This document shows positions 43,073-53,239 of a DNA stretch of 64,000 bases, piece by piece; position 1 is the stretch's first letter, and every line of letters begins with the position of its first letter. Under the pieces are notes generated by a model. That model saw only the letters and a program-made list of their open reading frames with translations. It had not been told where the DNA came from and ran no database searches. A program made the position numbers and the translations under genes. Source of the stretch: an uncultured Verrucomicrobiae bacterium (GTDB lineage: Bacteria; Verrucomicrobiota; Verrucomicrobiia; Chthoniobacterales; Terrimicrobiaceae). The DNA lies in the NCBI GenBank assembly GCA_963706955.1, contig CAVPOC010000008.1, positions 672,001-736,000 of the forward strand. The letters run 5' to 3'.

Positions 43073-43693
43073 TCACCGCCTTACGAGCAAGCGTAGGAGC
43101 TCTCTTCCTTCGCGGCCCGGGTAGGTCGGCAAGCCGTTTCGTTCGCTGACGAGCTCGAAAGTTGGCGAGAATAAGGCATCCAGCTCATCCACCTGGCAAC
43201 CATAGGGCGGGCCTTCCTCGTTATGATCTGGATTGAGAAAGAAGATCGCCAGGAAGCCACCGCCTGGTTCGAGCAGCGCCGCGACGCGCGCAGCATATTC
43301 TCCACGGCGATCGAGTTGGATCGCGCAAAAACAAGTGTGCTCAAAAACCCAATCGAACTTCCCGCGCACTGCGCCCGGGTCGAAGAGGTCGGCGAGAATG
43401 TACGATTCGTGGCCGCAGCGAGGAAACGCTCGCGCCGCTGCGATAGCAAAGGGTGCAATGTCGATCCCAAGCACCTCGGCGCCCGCGGCGGCCAGCGCTC
43501 GGACGTCGTGGCCGAAGCCGCAGCCTGGCACTAGCACACGTCCCCTTAAAGGATTCTCGTTGATCCATTCGATCAGCGCCGGATGAGGCGCTCCCTTTTC
43601 CCAGGGAGTTTCGCCCTGTCGGTAGAACTGGTCCCAATCAACGTCTGACCCAGCGGCCACCGAGCGCGACTCCATATTGAAATTTTCGCTCAT
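43073..43693 (-). CDS. TPMT / thiol-halide methyltransferase family protein (start uncertain)
   Basis: W..FY..GETPWEKG, VLVPGCGFGHD, EHTCFCAI and GPPY motifs. Confidence 0.88.
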   Translation of the reverse strand: MSENFNMESRSVAAGSDVDWDQFYRQGETPWEKGAPHPALIEWINENPLRGRVLVPGCGFGHDVRALAAAGAEVLGIDIAPFAIAAARAFPRCGHESYILADLFDPGAVRGKFDWVFEHTCFCAIQLDRRGEYAARVAALLEPGGGFLAIFFLNPDHNEEGPPYGCQVDELDALFSPTFELVSERNGLPTYPGREGRELLRLLVRR

Positions 43694-44390
43694 GTTCGCG
43701 AATCAAAAAGGGTAAATCTTTGGCGACTTGCAGTTCGAAATCGCGTCCAAGAATTTCGTGCAACACGTCAAATGATCGGACGCCATCTCTCTTTCGACCC
43801 CCCAGCCAGTTTGAAGGCGAAGTAAAGTTCTCCAGCCAGGTAAACGGTGTGGTCATCAGCAGTTGGCCGCCCGGAGTGACCAGCGCGGGCAACTGCTGAA
43901 GAAACCGGGCAGGCTCTGCCAATCGGCAGATGAGATTCGCTGCGAGGACCACGTCGAAGGTCCCCAAATCCCCAGGCAGGTTCGTGGCATCGCCGACTTC
44001 GAAGTGGGCACGCCGTCGATCAAGGTTGGCAGGGACCCGCGCCCGCGCCAACTCGCAGATTTCCCCCTCCACCACCATCTCAAAGGAAAATTCGCCTCGG
44101 TCTTTCAGCTCGCGGGCGGCTTGGATGAATGAGTGCGAGAAGTCTATGCCAATCACCGTCGGGCAAAACGCGCACAATTCGAAACTCGAGCGACCAACGG
44201 CGCATCCGACGTCCAGCGCTCGGGCGGCAGCAGGCACTCGTCCACGATCGACGAGTTCATGGACGCATCGGACCGGAAAATCGAGGGCTTCGCGTGGTCC
44301 AGGACGCTCTCTCAGAATTTGCTCTTCCGAGCCGTAGTGAAAGAGGAGATATTCGGCGAGCAGCCTGGACGATTCATAAGGATTTGACAC
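43638..44390 (-). CDS. stand-alone OvoA C-terminal-type (mercaptohistidine N-) methyltransferase
   Basis: YES..LL.EYLLFHYG, ALDVGCAVGRSSFEL, ANLICRL, TPFTWLE.FT and PFLIREHERKFQ motifs. Confidence 0.8.
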   Translation of the reverse strand: MSNPYESSRLLAEYLLFHYGSEEQILRERPGPREALDFPVRCVHELVDRGRVPAAARALDVGCAVGRSSFELCAFCPTVIGIDFSHSFIQAARELKDRGEFSFEMVVEGEICELARARVPANLDRRRAHFEVGDATNLPGDLGTFDVVLAANLICRLAEPARFLQQLPALVTPGGQLLMTTPFTWLENFTSPSNWLGGRKRDGVRSFDVLHEILGRDFELQVAKDLPFLIREHERKFQYGVALGGRWVRR

Positions 44391-44440
44391 GTTTCCGCGC
44401 GAAAGTTGTCGCGCAAGTTACAGCCCAGGCACGCGTTCCC

Positions 44441-45598
44441 TTAGCGCAAGAGCGAGTTCAGATATTGGGAAGGCTCGTAGTTCTCGATCAGCACCGTTAC
44501 CTTGCCGTCGCGGAGCATCCGCGCCTGCTTCAGGCCGATCTCCGGAGTCTTATGGGGAGCAAAGAGAATGTCATCGTGCGTTGCGTTTTCGCGATTGGCA
44601 AACTTATCGGGAGTCAAGGCGCCGCCTAAATGATCGCTCCGCCCGGTAGCCACATGGATGGTCCCGCGAATCTTCTCGTCCTGAATGTCGCGTCCGGAAA
44701 ACGGCAAAATCTGGGTCCCGAAGCCCAACTCGCCGAGTTCCCCCGTGACAGGATCCTCCGCGAGCTTGTGGTTGTGAGCATCAATCGTTTCCTGATTCCC
44801 CTTGAGCAATTCCGCTTTTCGAATGCGCCCTTCGGAAACATGCATCAGCCCAATGGTCCCGTCCTCGTACTTCATTGGGAAGACTCCACTCGCCCCGGTA
44901 GGAACGAAGTAGACCTCACCTGCGGGAAGGTTGGCGACGTCAGGCTTATCTCCCAGACAGAGTCCGTGGCTCTTTTGGGCCTCCTGTTTGCCAAGATCGA
45001 GGCGAAGCGTGAGAACGCGGCCCGCGTATTCGAAATCGATCTCCACCCAGTCTGCACGTGTTATACCCAGCCGCAGTTTTTCCGCCTCCGCGCTGACCTC
45101 GCGATAGTCAACCGCCAGCCCACTGCTCAGGATCGTCTGATTCAAGCCGTGGAGAGTCGCTCCGCGAAAGCCGAACTTTTTTGCCTTCTCGGTCAGTGGA
45201 GCCGTTGCTGAATAAGTCGAAATGCACAGGACGATGTCGTAGGCCGGGTAAACATCGCGTTCCAGACTGATCTCCTTCCCCTCGGGAGTGACGGCGCGAT
45301 CCGGCAAGTCGAGATTGCTTCCGCCGGTGACCTCGTAGGCAAAAATCTCTCCCCCCACCAGGTTGAGCTCCTCTATCGCTTCGTTCTTCAGTCCATGATA
45401 GAAATACGTCACCGCATTTCGCTGGATCGAAAGGTCGGGATTCTTCAAAAACTTGAAGTTGACGATGTCACTGGGATTCTCAAGATCAATGAGGATGCAG
45501 ATTCTCTGGCCTGCCTTGGGTTCGAAAGTAGTCTTGAGGAGCCGTGTGAGGCTAAAGGGCGGAAATATACGGGCCGAAACTTGCTCGGATATACTCAT
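44441..45598 (-). CDS. M29-like (thermophilic metalloprotease) aminopeptidase homolog
   Basis: NLPAGEVY, GELGFGT, DEKIRGTIHVATG and H.D motifs. Confidence 0.72.
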   Translation of the reverse strand: MSISEQVSARIFPPFSLTRLLKTTFEPKAGQRICILIDLENPSDIVNFKFLKNPDLSIQRNAVTYFYHGLKNEAIEELNLVGGEIFAYEVTGGSNLDLPDRAVTPEGKEISLERDVYPAYDIVLCISTYSATAPLTEKAKKFGFRGATLHGLNQTILSSGLAVDYREVSAEAEKLRLGITRADWVEIDFEYAGRVLTLRLDLGKQEAQKSHGLCLGDKPDVANLPAGEVYFVPTGASGVFPMKYEDGTIGLMHVSEGRIRKAELLKGNQETIDAHNHKLAEDPVTGELGELGFGTQILPFSGRDIQDEKIRGTIHVATGRSDHLGGALTPDKFANRENATHDDILFAPHKTPEIGLKQARMLRDGKVTVLIENYEPSQYLNSLLR

Positions 45599-45641
45599 AA
45601 CAATTAAAATCTAAACTGATACGTCACTCGGGGCAACGTCG

Positions 45642-47501
45642 ATGCAGTTTCTTGGTAGATGGTCGCCTCGCAAGACTGATTTCTGGGTTCGGCTTGAATC
45701 CGCGCTGAAATCCTGGGGCGCCCTGGTGGTCGCCGTCTTTGCGATCATCTACTACCTGCTCTACTTCCGCAGCGGACTCAACTTCAGCGGCGAAGGAGGA
45801 ACAGTGGCCCTCGTCGCGCTCAGGTTGCTCGAAGGACAGAGGCCGATCGTCGACACTTTTCTCGGTTATAACGTGATGTGGTTTTATCCGGTCACCTGGC
45901 TCTTTCAATTGGTCGGACCTGACTATACCGCTTTACGCGTCTACTTTTTCGGCCTCTGCGCGATCACGGGCGTGCTGGCATTTTTTATTGTGCGCCGCGT
46001 CACTGGCTCGGGTTGGTTTTCGATTCTGGCCGCATTGGGCCCGGTCCTGATTCCGGGAATGATCTTTCGCAACTACATGGCCTTTCTGGCGACGCTGAAC
46101 ATGCTGGTGCTACTGCAGGCCTACGTCTTTGAGCAACCTTCGAAACTTCGGCAAATTCTCTGGATGGTCGCGGCGGGAATTTCCCTGGGGTTGACCTTTC
46201 TCATGCGCATCGATCTGGGCGCGTTCTTTACAGTGATAACCGCAGGATTGATCGTCCTGTTCCCTTTCGGCCGGCGGCAAGGATTCGGACCGAGTCTGGC
46301 ACTCGCTGCAAGCGGAGCATTCCTCGCCCTGATGATGTTCTGCCTCACCCACGCGCCATTCTATCTAGATGCGGTGAAGCGGGGCTACGCTGAGGCGTTT
46401 ACGACACAATATACAAACTGGTTTGCGATGGTCCGCTTCCTGGCGACGCAGCAACTAACAAAACGCGCACCGCCGGCTCCACCTCCGACGCAACCCACCA
46501 TCGCCAGCACAACGGCAGAACCGCCGACCCCCCCTTTTCCGACGCAAACTGCCACCGCCAAGACAACGCCAGAACCGCCACCTCCGGCGCCAAACAAAGC
46601 AAAAGGCGACGTGGACAGTGACGGCTACTTGCAAAAACGGGCCTTGAGTGACGTGATTGAAGCGCGGACTTTTTATGATCGCACCTTCGCCCTCGCAACG
46701 TATCTGCCCGTCTTAGTGGCTCTTCTTATCATCCTTCCCGCGGTTGCCTTGCTCGGGCTGGCGCTCGCCCGCGCGGATTTCGCGCTCAAGACAAGCGCTT
46801 TAATCCTGTTGGTCACAGCGGGTTCGGCCATGACCCTCTTTCCACAATATTTCTTTTTCAGGCCTGATACGCCGCACCTCTCGGAATTTATGGCGCCGTT
46901 TGTCGTGGCGATCGCCTGTGCCATATGGGTCGCCTTTCAATGGCGAAAGCAGAGCACCGCTGCGGCCATCTATTCTAGTCTCGTCATCATCGTCGGTGTG
47001 TTCAACGTGGCAGTTTTTTTTCTCCATGCGTTTCCAAAGGAGTCATCGGGGTCGATCGCCGCTCGCAAGATGCGCAAATACAAGTTCGTCGCGGAGAATG
47101 GCGTCAGTGTGTGGTTGAAGCAAAAGGAACGGGAGGAGATCGCCAAAATGTTCGAAGTGCTGCAGACGCACACCAAACCCTCCGATTACATCGTCTGCTA
47201 TCCATACGCGCCGACGATAAACTTCATGACGAATCGGCCATCGTACGAATACAATCTTTACGTCGACAACGCGCACAACGTTTCTGGGTTCTTCCGGGAA
47301 ACGCTCGAAGAAGTAAAAAAATACCGACCGGGGGCGATCCTCATCGACAATCGTGCTCTCAATCAAACCGAGGAGTCGCGGTTCCGAAACTGGGCACCCG
47401 ATACCTACGAGTGGATCAAGAGCAACTATGCTTACGCTGGCACATTCCGCCGCCAAGAGATCTACTTGCGTCCAGACCTTTATCATGAACAAGGCCAATG
47501 A
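45642..47501 (+). CDS. polytopic membrane protein, putative GT-C (ArnT/PMT-like) glycosyltransferase
   Basis: N-terminal TM, EG in the first loop followed by G.RP..D, about 12 TM segments, a Pro/Thr-rich insert and a soluble C-terminal domain. Upstream of rfbA. Confidence 0.6.
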   Translation: MQFLGRWSPRKTDFWVRLESALKSWGALVVAVFAIIYYLLYFRSGLNFSGEGGTVALVALRLLEGQRPIVDTFLGYNVMWFYPVTWLFQLVGPDYTALRVYFFGLCAITGVLAFFIVRRVTGSGWFSILAALGPVLIPGMIFRNYMAFLATLNMLVLLQAYVFEQPSKLRQILWMVAAGISLGLTFLMRIDLGAFFTVITAGLIVLFPFGRRQGFGPSLALAASGAFLALMMFCLTHAPFYLDAVKRGYAEAFTTQYTNWFAMVRFLATQQLTKRAPPAPPPTQPTIASTTAEPPTPPFPTQTATAKTTPEPPPPAPNKAKGDVDSDGYLQKRALSDVIEARTFYDRTFALATYLPVLVALLIILPAVALLGLALARADFALKTSALILLVTAGSAMTLFPQYFFFRPDTPHLSEFMAPFVVAIACAIWVAFQWRKQSTAAAIYSSLVIIVGVFNVAVFFLHAFPKESSGSIAARKMRKYKFVAENGVSVWLKQKEREEIAKMFEVLQTHTKPSDYIVCYPYAPTINFMTNRPSYEYNLYVDNAHNVSGFFRETLEEVKKYRPGAILIDNRALNQTEESRFRNWAPDTYEWIKSNYAYAGTFRRQEIYLRPDLYHEQGQ

Positions 47502-47532
47502 GTCGACGCAGTCCGGGAGCTCGACGCTGAAG

Positions 47533-48435
47533 ATGCGCAAGGGAATCATTCTCGCGGGCGGTTCCGGCACGCGCCTTGATCCGCTGACGCGCATCGTCTG
47601 CAAGCAACTCCTTCCGATTTACGACAAGCCGATGATTTATTATCCGCTGTCGGTTCTGATGCTCGGAGGAGTTCGTGAGATCCTGATCATCTCGACTCCG
47701 AAGGATCTGCCGGTATTTCGCTCGTTGTTTGGGGACGGCTCAGCGCTCGGCCTCAAAATTGAGTACGCCGAGCAAGCGAGGCCCGAAGGAATCGCCCATG
47801 CCTTTGTCATCGGCGACTCCTTCATGGATGAACACGGCGTCGTCCTGATCTTGGGCGACAATATCTTTCACGGCAAACTTGACTTGGTGCGGACCGCCCT
47901 GGCGAGGGCAGACGGCGCGACCATCTTCGCATGCCCGGTCATTGACCCAAGCCGTTATGGTATTGTGGAATTTGACGAATTCGGTCGCGCGATTTCCATC
48001 GAGGAGAAGCCGACCGAACCCAAGAGCAATCACGCGGTTCCTGGCCTTTACATCTACGACGGGCAGATCCACGAAATAGCCCGCTCTCTCAAACCGTCGC
48101 CACGCGGCGAGCTCGAGATCACTGACGTGAATCGCGAGTATTTGCGGCGGGGCAGCCTCTTTGTCGAGCCGCTCGGCCGCGGTGTCGCCTGGCTCGACAC
48201 CGGCACTCCCGAAAGCTTGATGGAAGCGAGCACCTACATCGCTACCCTCCAGCACCGACAAGGAGTGAAGATCGCCTGCCTGGAGGAAATTGCCTATTAC
48301 ATGGATTTCATTAGCTTCCAAGAAGTCCAAGCATTGGCCGCAAAGCTACCTCGCAAGAACAGCTATCGCGCCTATCTCGAATCTTTGCCTCCCTCCATGC
48401 CCCGTTTCAAGGACCGCTTCTTCCACCCCTCTTGA
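47533..48435 (+). CDS. rfbA: glucose-1-phosphate thymidylyltransferase (alternative start 47485)
   Basis: [39 protein letters not shown] and WLDTGT motifs. Confidence 0.96.
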   Translation: MRKGIILAGGSGTRLDPLTRIVCKQLLPIYDKPMIYYPLSVLMLGGVREILIISTPKDLPVFRSLFGDGSALGLKIEYAEQARPEGIAHAFVIGDSFMDEHGVVLILGDNIFHGKLDLVRTALARADGATIFACPVIDPSRYGIVEFDEFGRAISIEEKPTEPKSNHAVPGLYIYDGQIHEIARSLKPSPRGELEITDVNREYLRRGSLFVEPLGRGVAWLDTGTPESLMEASTYIATLQHRQGVKIACLEEIAYYMDFISFQEVQALAAKLPRKNSYRAYLESLPPSMPRFKDRFFHPS

Positions 48436-49550
48436 GTCTATTCGCTTCGAGAATGCTCTCGTAGGTCGACACGGTTTTCTCGATATCGAATTGGACTGCT
48501 TTTTCGCGGGACGCGCGGCGCATGGCGTTCAGCAACGTCGGCGTCGCCAACAACTCCCGAAGCCTTTCCGCGAAGCTCGCTGCGGCCAGATCACAAAGAA
48601 ATCCGTTCTTACCCTCTTCGACAATATCATGCATGCCTGCTATCCGGCTGCTGACGATTGCCAAGCCCCATTGGAGCGCCTCGATCGCGACCATCGGAGA
48701 TCCCTCCTGCAATGATGTCAGCAACAGAATGTCACTCGCCGCCATTCGTGCGGCTACGTGGGCTTCCGAAAGCCAACCGTGGACCGTCACGCGGTCGTCG
48801 ACGCCTTCGCGTCGGGCGAGCGCTTCCATTTCAGCCCGCAGCGGTCCGTCGCCAATCACATCGAGCGACCAGTCAATTTCGCGGATCAGTGCCAAAGCCT
48901 GAATCGCAAGCAGGGGATTTTTTTGGATGCTTAAGCGACCAGCCATAAGAATGCGAGTGCGTGAATGGATCGGCACAGTAGACGCCGCGACCAGACGGAC
49001 TCCGTTTGGAACGACGACCGGTTCGACACCATACGCTTTGGACGCCAATCCGGCGACGAAGCGACTTACCGCTGTGACCACTTTGGCACGATGCCAGACC
49101 GGTGAGACCAACGGTCCAATAAGACGGAAAAGATGATCTGTTTGTTCCGGCACGCCGCCGGGCACGTCTCCCAAGTGGACCGTCAAGACATAGGGAATCC
49201 CTGTGACGAGGCTCGCAGACCAACGCGACCGGTCCGGTGGGAACCGCAAAGTGGGCGTGCACGATGTCGGGACGCCACTGACGGGCCTCTCTGACAGCCG
49301 TCCAGAGGTTCGTCAAGACATAGAGGGCCATTTCAGGCACCGTGCAGGTGTCTTCACGCCGGCGAAATGACGCCGCGCGCAAGATCTCGACTTTCTCACG
49401 CACCTCGCGCTGGGGAAGATGGCGCATCCCTGCAGTGACGACGCGGACCTGATGACCACGGGAGACCAGTCTCGCCGCGACCTGTGCTGCTACTCTTCCT
49501 CCTCCACCGCCAATCGGCGGATACTCATAGCAGAGGAGTAGAATTTTCAC
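48407..49550 (-). CDS. glycosyltransferase family 4, with an apparent +1 frameshift near 49222
   Basis: [15 protein letters not shown]...[12 protein letters not shown], then in the +1 frame [19 protein letters not shown]...GRLSIQK...[10 protein letters not shown]. Restored length is 380 aa. Confidence 0.9.
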
Positions 49551-51400
49551 CTCGTCACATCCGCAAGCCCCAGTCTTGTCAGCCACTCGCCGTAGCAGAG
49601 TTGGCACCAGAGGTAGAGCCGCTCATCCGCAACCCCCGACCGATGAGCAGCCAGCTTCTCCTCAAGGAACTTGCCTCCGTGCGGCCGGAGTCGCTCGGAA
49701 CGGAACCATGATCCCACCGGGGTGCCAAATCCCTTCTTCCGCCGGTAGATGATGTCGAGTGGAAGAAACGGCTCCAGCGCTTTTTTGAGAAGATATTTCG
49801 TAATCCCTCCACGGATCTTCAACTCGTGCGGCAACCTGCGAGCAAAGTTGGCCACCTCCAAATCGAGAAAAGGGCTTCGCGCTTCCAAGCCGTGCAGCAT
49901 GCTCGCGCGATCAACCTTCGCCAAGATTCCATCTTGCAAGTAGAGCTCTGTATAGAATTGCAGGGTGCGATCCACGAGATTCTTTTGCCGGCAGGAATCC
50001 CAAGCCTCCACCGCCTCGGAGTAGAGTTCCTCGATCTCGACCGGCTTGCCAAAAAGCCGTCCAATGTCATCCGGTTCCAGCGCCCCAAGCCAGAGAGCAT
50101 TCCAATAGCGCGCTTGATGACTCGCACCACGCATGCCGCGCTTAATCTTGAAATCCATGCTTAGATTCGCATGGGACACGGGAAGGCGTCCCGCCAAGGC
50201 GCGCAATGCGCCGTGCAGCGGCCGCGGAACGACGCGCGCATACCACGAGGCCATTCCCAAACCGCGAAACGTGTCGTATCCGGCAAACAACTCATCGCCG
50301 CCATCTCCTCCTAAGGCCACAGTCACATGCTGTCTGGTGAACCGGCTGAGGAGCCAGGTCGGGAGCAAGGAATTGTCACCCTGTGGCTCATCCATCTGGC
50401 GAAGTATTCCCGGCAGGACATCGCATGCCTTCTCAAGATCCAGGATCTCGCATCGATGATCAGTCCCCAGAAACTTCGCCGCTCGCCTCGCATAGGCAGA
50501 CTCGTCGAAGCTTGGTTCGGTAAATCCAATACAAAAGGTGCGGAGCCGATCGGCGCCAACATGCTTGGCGGCCAAGGCCGCCACCGCGGTAGAGTCGATT
50601 CCCCCGCTGAGAAAAACCCCCAAAGGAACATCTGCCATCAACCGGCGCTTCACTGCACGCTCCAGTGTTTCGACGAGTTCTTCGCCAAGTTCAGTCCGGG
50701 ACCGGCGCATCATCCTGTCATCGGGCTCGATCTCAAAGCGCCAGTAGCGTTTTGTCACCGGCGCGTCTCCAACATCGAAAATCAAGTTGTGGCCGCCGGG
50801 CAACTTCCAGACACCTTCGATCAACGAGCAGGGTGCCGGCACGAGGGCATAGGCGAAAAATTTCTGCAGGGCTTTCGGCGAGACGCTCCGCGGGCAATGC
50901 GGATGCTCGAGCAATGCCGTCAATTCAGATGCAAACACAAAGGTTCCTCGAGAGTTGAACCAAAAGAGCGGCTTCTTGCCGAAGCGGTCGCGGCTGATGA
51001 ACAATCGCTTCTTCTCGGCGTCCCAGAGCGCAAAGGCCCACATTCCATTTAACATCGGGACGATCTTCTCTCCCCAGAGGCGGTAGCCATGCAGGAGGAC
51101 TTCAGTATCCGAATGGTCGCTCTGAAAAACGCAACCGAGCGACTCCAACTGAGCTCGCAGCTCGAGGTGATTATAGATCTCGCCGTTGAAGATGACGACG
51201 TAACGTCCGTTCCCGAGAGACATTGGCTGCGCGCCGCCGGCGAGATCGATTATCGAAAGCCGACGATGACCGAGATAAACTCCCTGGGTCTGCTCAACAT
51301 AAAATCCCTCAGCGTCCGGGCCCCGGTGGGCCAAACAGCGGGTCATGCGTTCGAGATCGCCCTGATTCCCTTCGCCGATGAATCCGGCGATGCCGCACAT
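49547..51400 (-). CDS. asnB: asparagine synthase (glutamine-hydrolysing) family amidotransferase
   Basis: MCGIAG, HRGPD, HRRLSIID, FNGEIYN, RDRFGKKPL, LSGGIDS and GDGGDELFAGY motifs. Confidence 0.94.
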   Translation of the reverse strand: MCGIAGFIGEGNQGDLERMTRCLAHRGPDAEGFYVEQTQGVYLGHRRLSIIDLAGGAQPMSLGNGRYVVIFNGEIYNHLELRAQLESLGCVFQSDHSDTEVLLHGYRLWGEKIVPMLNGMWAFALWDAEKKRLFISRDRFGKKPLFWFNSRGTFVFASELTALLEHPHCPRSVSPKALQKFFAYALVPAPCSLIEGVWKLPGGHNLIFDVGDAPVTKRYWRFEIEPDDRMMRRSRTELGEELVETLERAVKRRLMADVPLGVFLSGGIDSTAVAALAAKHVGADRLRTFCIGFTEPSFDESAYARRAAKFLGTDHRCEILDLEKACDVLPGILRQMDEPQGDNSLLPTWLLSRFTRQHVTVALGGDGGDELFAGYDTFRGLGMASWYARVVPRPLHGALRALAGRLPVSHANLSMDFKIKRGMRGASHQARYWNALWLGALEPDDIGRLFGKPVEIEELYSEAVEAWDSCRQKNLVDRTLQFYTELYLQDGILAKVDRASMLHGLEARSPFLDLEVANFARRLPHELKIRGGITKYLLKKALEPFLPLDIIYRRKKGFGTPVGSWFRSERLRPHGGKFLEEKLAAHRSGVADERLYLWCQLCYGEWLTRLGLADVTR

Positions 51401-52357
51401 TCAAGCCGCCTTCGGGAACGATGTTATGTTGCGGGTCTTGCGAACGAGATAGATCGACTTGTGCTGAGACTCGTAGAACGTGCGCGTGATCATTTCCGCG
51501 AGTAAGCCCATCAGAATACAGATTACTCCGGTCATGAAGGAAAAGACCGCCATCATCGGGAGCGGCGTGGCCGTAAAGAAGTATCCCTTGGTGCGCATGT
51601 AGAGCGTCCACACGCTGAAGCCAAATGCCGCCGCAAAAAACAACACTCCCCAAAGTCCGAACAGGTACATCGGCTTAAGCATGAACTTGTCCATGAACTT
51701 CACAGTGACCAGATCCATCAACACCTTCAATACTCGCTCGAGACCGTACTTCGATGATCCCGTGCAGCGCGCGTGGTGATTAACCGGGATCTCCGCGATC
51801 CGAGCTCCGTGCCACTTCGCATAAATCGGGAGAAAGCGGTGCATTTCCCCGTAAAGCCGGATGCCTTCGAGCACCTCGGCACGATAGGCTTTCAAGGAAC
51901 ATCCAAAATCATGGAGACGCACGCCGGAAACCGCCGAGATCAGCTGGTTGGCCAGGATGCTCGGGATATTTCGCTGAATGGCATTGTCCTGCCGGTCTCG
52001 CCGCCAACCCGAACAAACATCGTAGCCCTCTTCGATCTTGGCGAGCATGCGCGGAATGTCTTCGGGATCGTTCTGCCCGTCACCGTCCATCGGGATGATC
52101 ACGTCACCCGAGGCAAAATCAAAGCCGGCCATCATCGCTGCCGTTTGGCCGAAGTTGCGCCGGAAATGGACCACTTTCACTTCGGAATGCAGGGTCGCCA
52201 AGCGATCCAGAATTTCCTCGCTTCGGTCCAGGCTGCCGTCGTTGACAAAGATGATTTCCCACGGAGTTCCATGCCGGTTCATCACCTTGCGCACTTTCTC
52301 GAAGAGTTCCTCGATCGACCCCTCCTCGTTGTAGACCGGTACAGACAGCGAAATCAT
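51401..52357 (-). CDS. glycosyltransferase family 2 (ArnC/DPM-like, polyprenol-phosphate type)
   Basis: VPVYNEE, VNDGS, RNFGQTAA, MDGDGQNDP and HRFLP motifs, two C-terminal TM segments. Confidence 0.92.
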   Translation of the reverse strand: MISLSVPVYNEEGSIEELFEKVRKVMNRHGTPWEIIFVNDGSLDRSEEILDRLATLHSEVKVVHFRRNFGQTAAMMAGFDFASGDVIIPMDGDGQNDPEDIPRMLAKIEEGYDVCSGWRRDRQDNAIQRNIPSILANQLISAVSGVRLHDFGCSLKAYRAEVLEGIRLYGEMHRFLPIYAKWHGARIAEIPVNHHARCTGSSKYGLERVLKVLMDLVTVKFMDKFMLKPMYLFGLWGVLFFAAAFGFSVWTLYMRTKGYFFTATPLPMMAVFSFMTGVICILMGLLAEMITRTFYESQHKSIYLVRKTRNITSFPKAA

Positions 52358-52404
52358 GATCCCTTATGCAGAACCACTGATTCCACACAAGAAAGCCGGC
52401 GCTG

Positions 52405-53169
52405 TCACTTAAAATTGTCGGGCAATAGGAAATCCCGGTATGTAAGTCGAGAGGGCTCCACCGCGACAGCCAAGGCTCCACTGTAACCATCGGCGGGCGA
52501 AAATGCCGTCAAATGCCAGCGCGCACCATGAATCTTACCGGCATCCTCCACGGCAAGGATACGCAAAGGCGTTAACGCGATTTCCAGTTTCGAGAGTTCG
52601 AGCGACAAGCCGAGCGCGGTGGCTTTCAACACAGCTTCTTTCGCCGTCCAGAACTGGAAGAACATGCGGAGACCATCCTCTTTACCCTTCCGGGCAATTT
52701 CGTCCCTTTCTCTTTCGCAAAAGAACCTTTCGGCGATCTCCAGCGCATGGAACTTTGGATCTTCTTTTTCGATGTCCACGCCAAGCGGCCATTCCCGGCA
52801 AATGGCCGCAACCATTAGATCATGAGAGTGCGAGACATTGAACTCGATGTGGCGATGCGGCTCGGCCACGAAGGGCTTCCCGTGAGAACTGTAGGAAAAC
52901 GGCACTCGCTCCGGCTCAGTGGAGAGATAGTCCGCAAGAATTACCCGCAGAGCGCCACGCCCTGCGACGAATCGCCGGCGGAGATGGGAAAATCGAAAGC
53001 GATCAGCACGTGCGAGTTCTTTCTCAGAAAGCGTTTCGCGAAATCTGCGTAACACAAGATCGGACACGCTCAGATCGAAACGCCACACGTGCACCTCTCC
53101 CTCGGCAAGCATGCCTTGCGGTAGGGAAGATTGCCACGGCTGATCCAGGTGAGATTTCTCGGTCTTCAT
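52405..53169 (-). CDS. Sfp-type 4'-phosphopantetheinyl transferase
   Basis: LS..E..RA.RF, GKP, FNVSHS, GVDIE and WTAKEAVLKA motifs. Confidence 0.93.
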   Translation of the reverse strand: MKTEKSHLDQPWQSSLPQGMLAEGEVHVWRFDLSVSDLVLRRFRETLSEKELARADRFRFSHLRRRFVAGRGALRVILADYLSTEPERVPFSYSSHGKPFVAEPHRHIEFNVSHSHDLMVAAICREWPLGVDIEKEDPKFHALEIAERFFCERERDEIARKGKEDGLRMFFQFWTAKEAVLKATALGLSLELSKLEIALTPLRILAVEDAGKIHGARWHLTAFSPADGYSGALAVAVEPSRLTYRDFLLPDNFK

Positions 53170-53239
53170 CCTGCAATCGGAAGACTGCCGTCGTGTCGTC
53201 TGCGCCGATTTCGCCATCCACCAGCAGTCTGCGGCTGAG

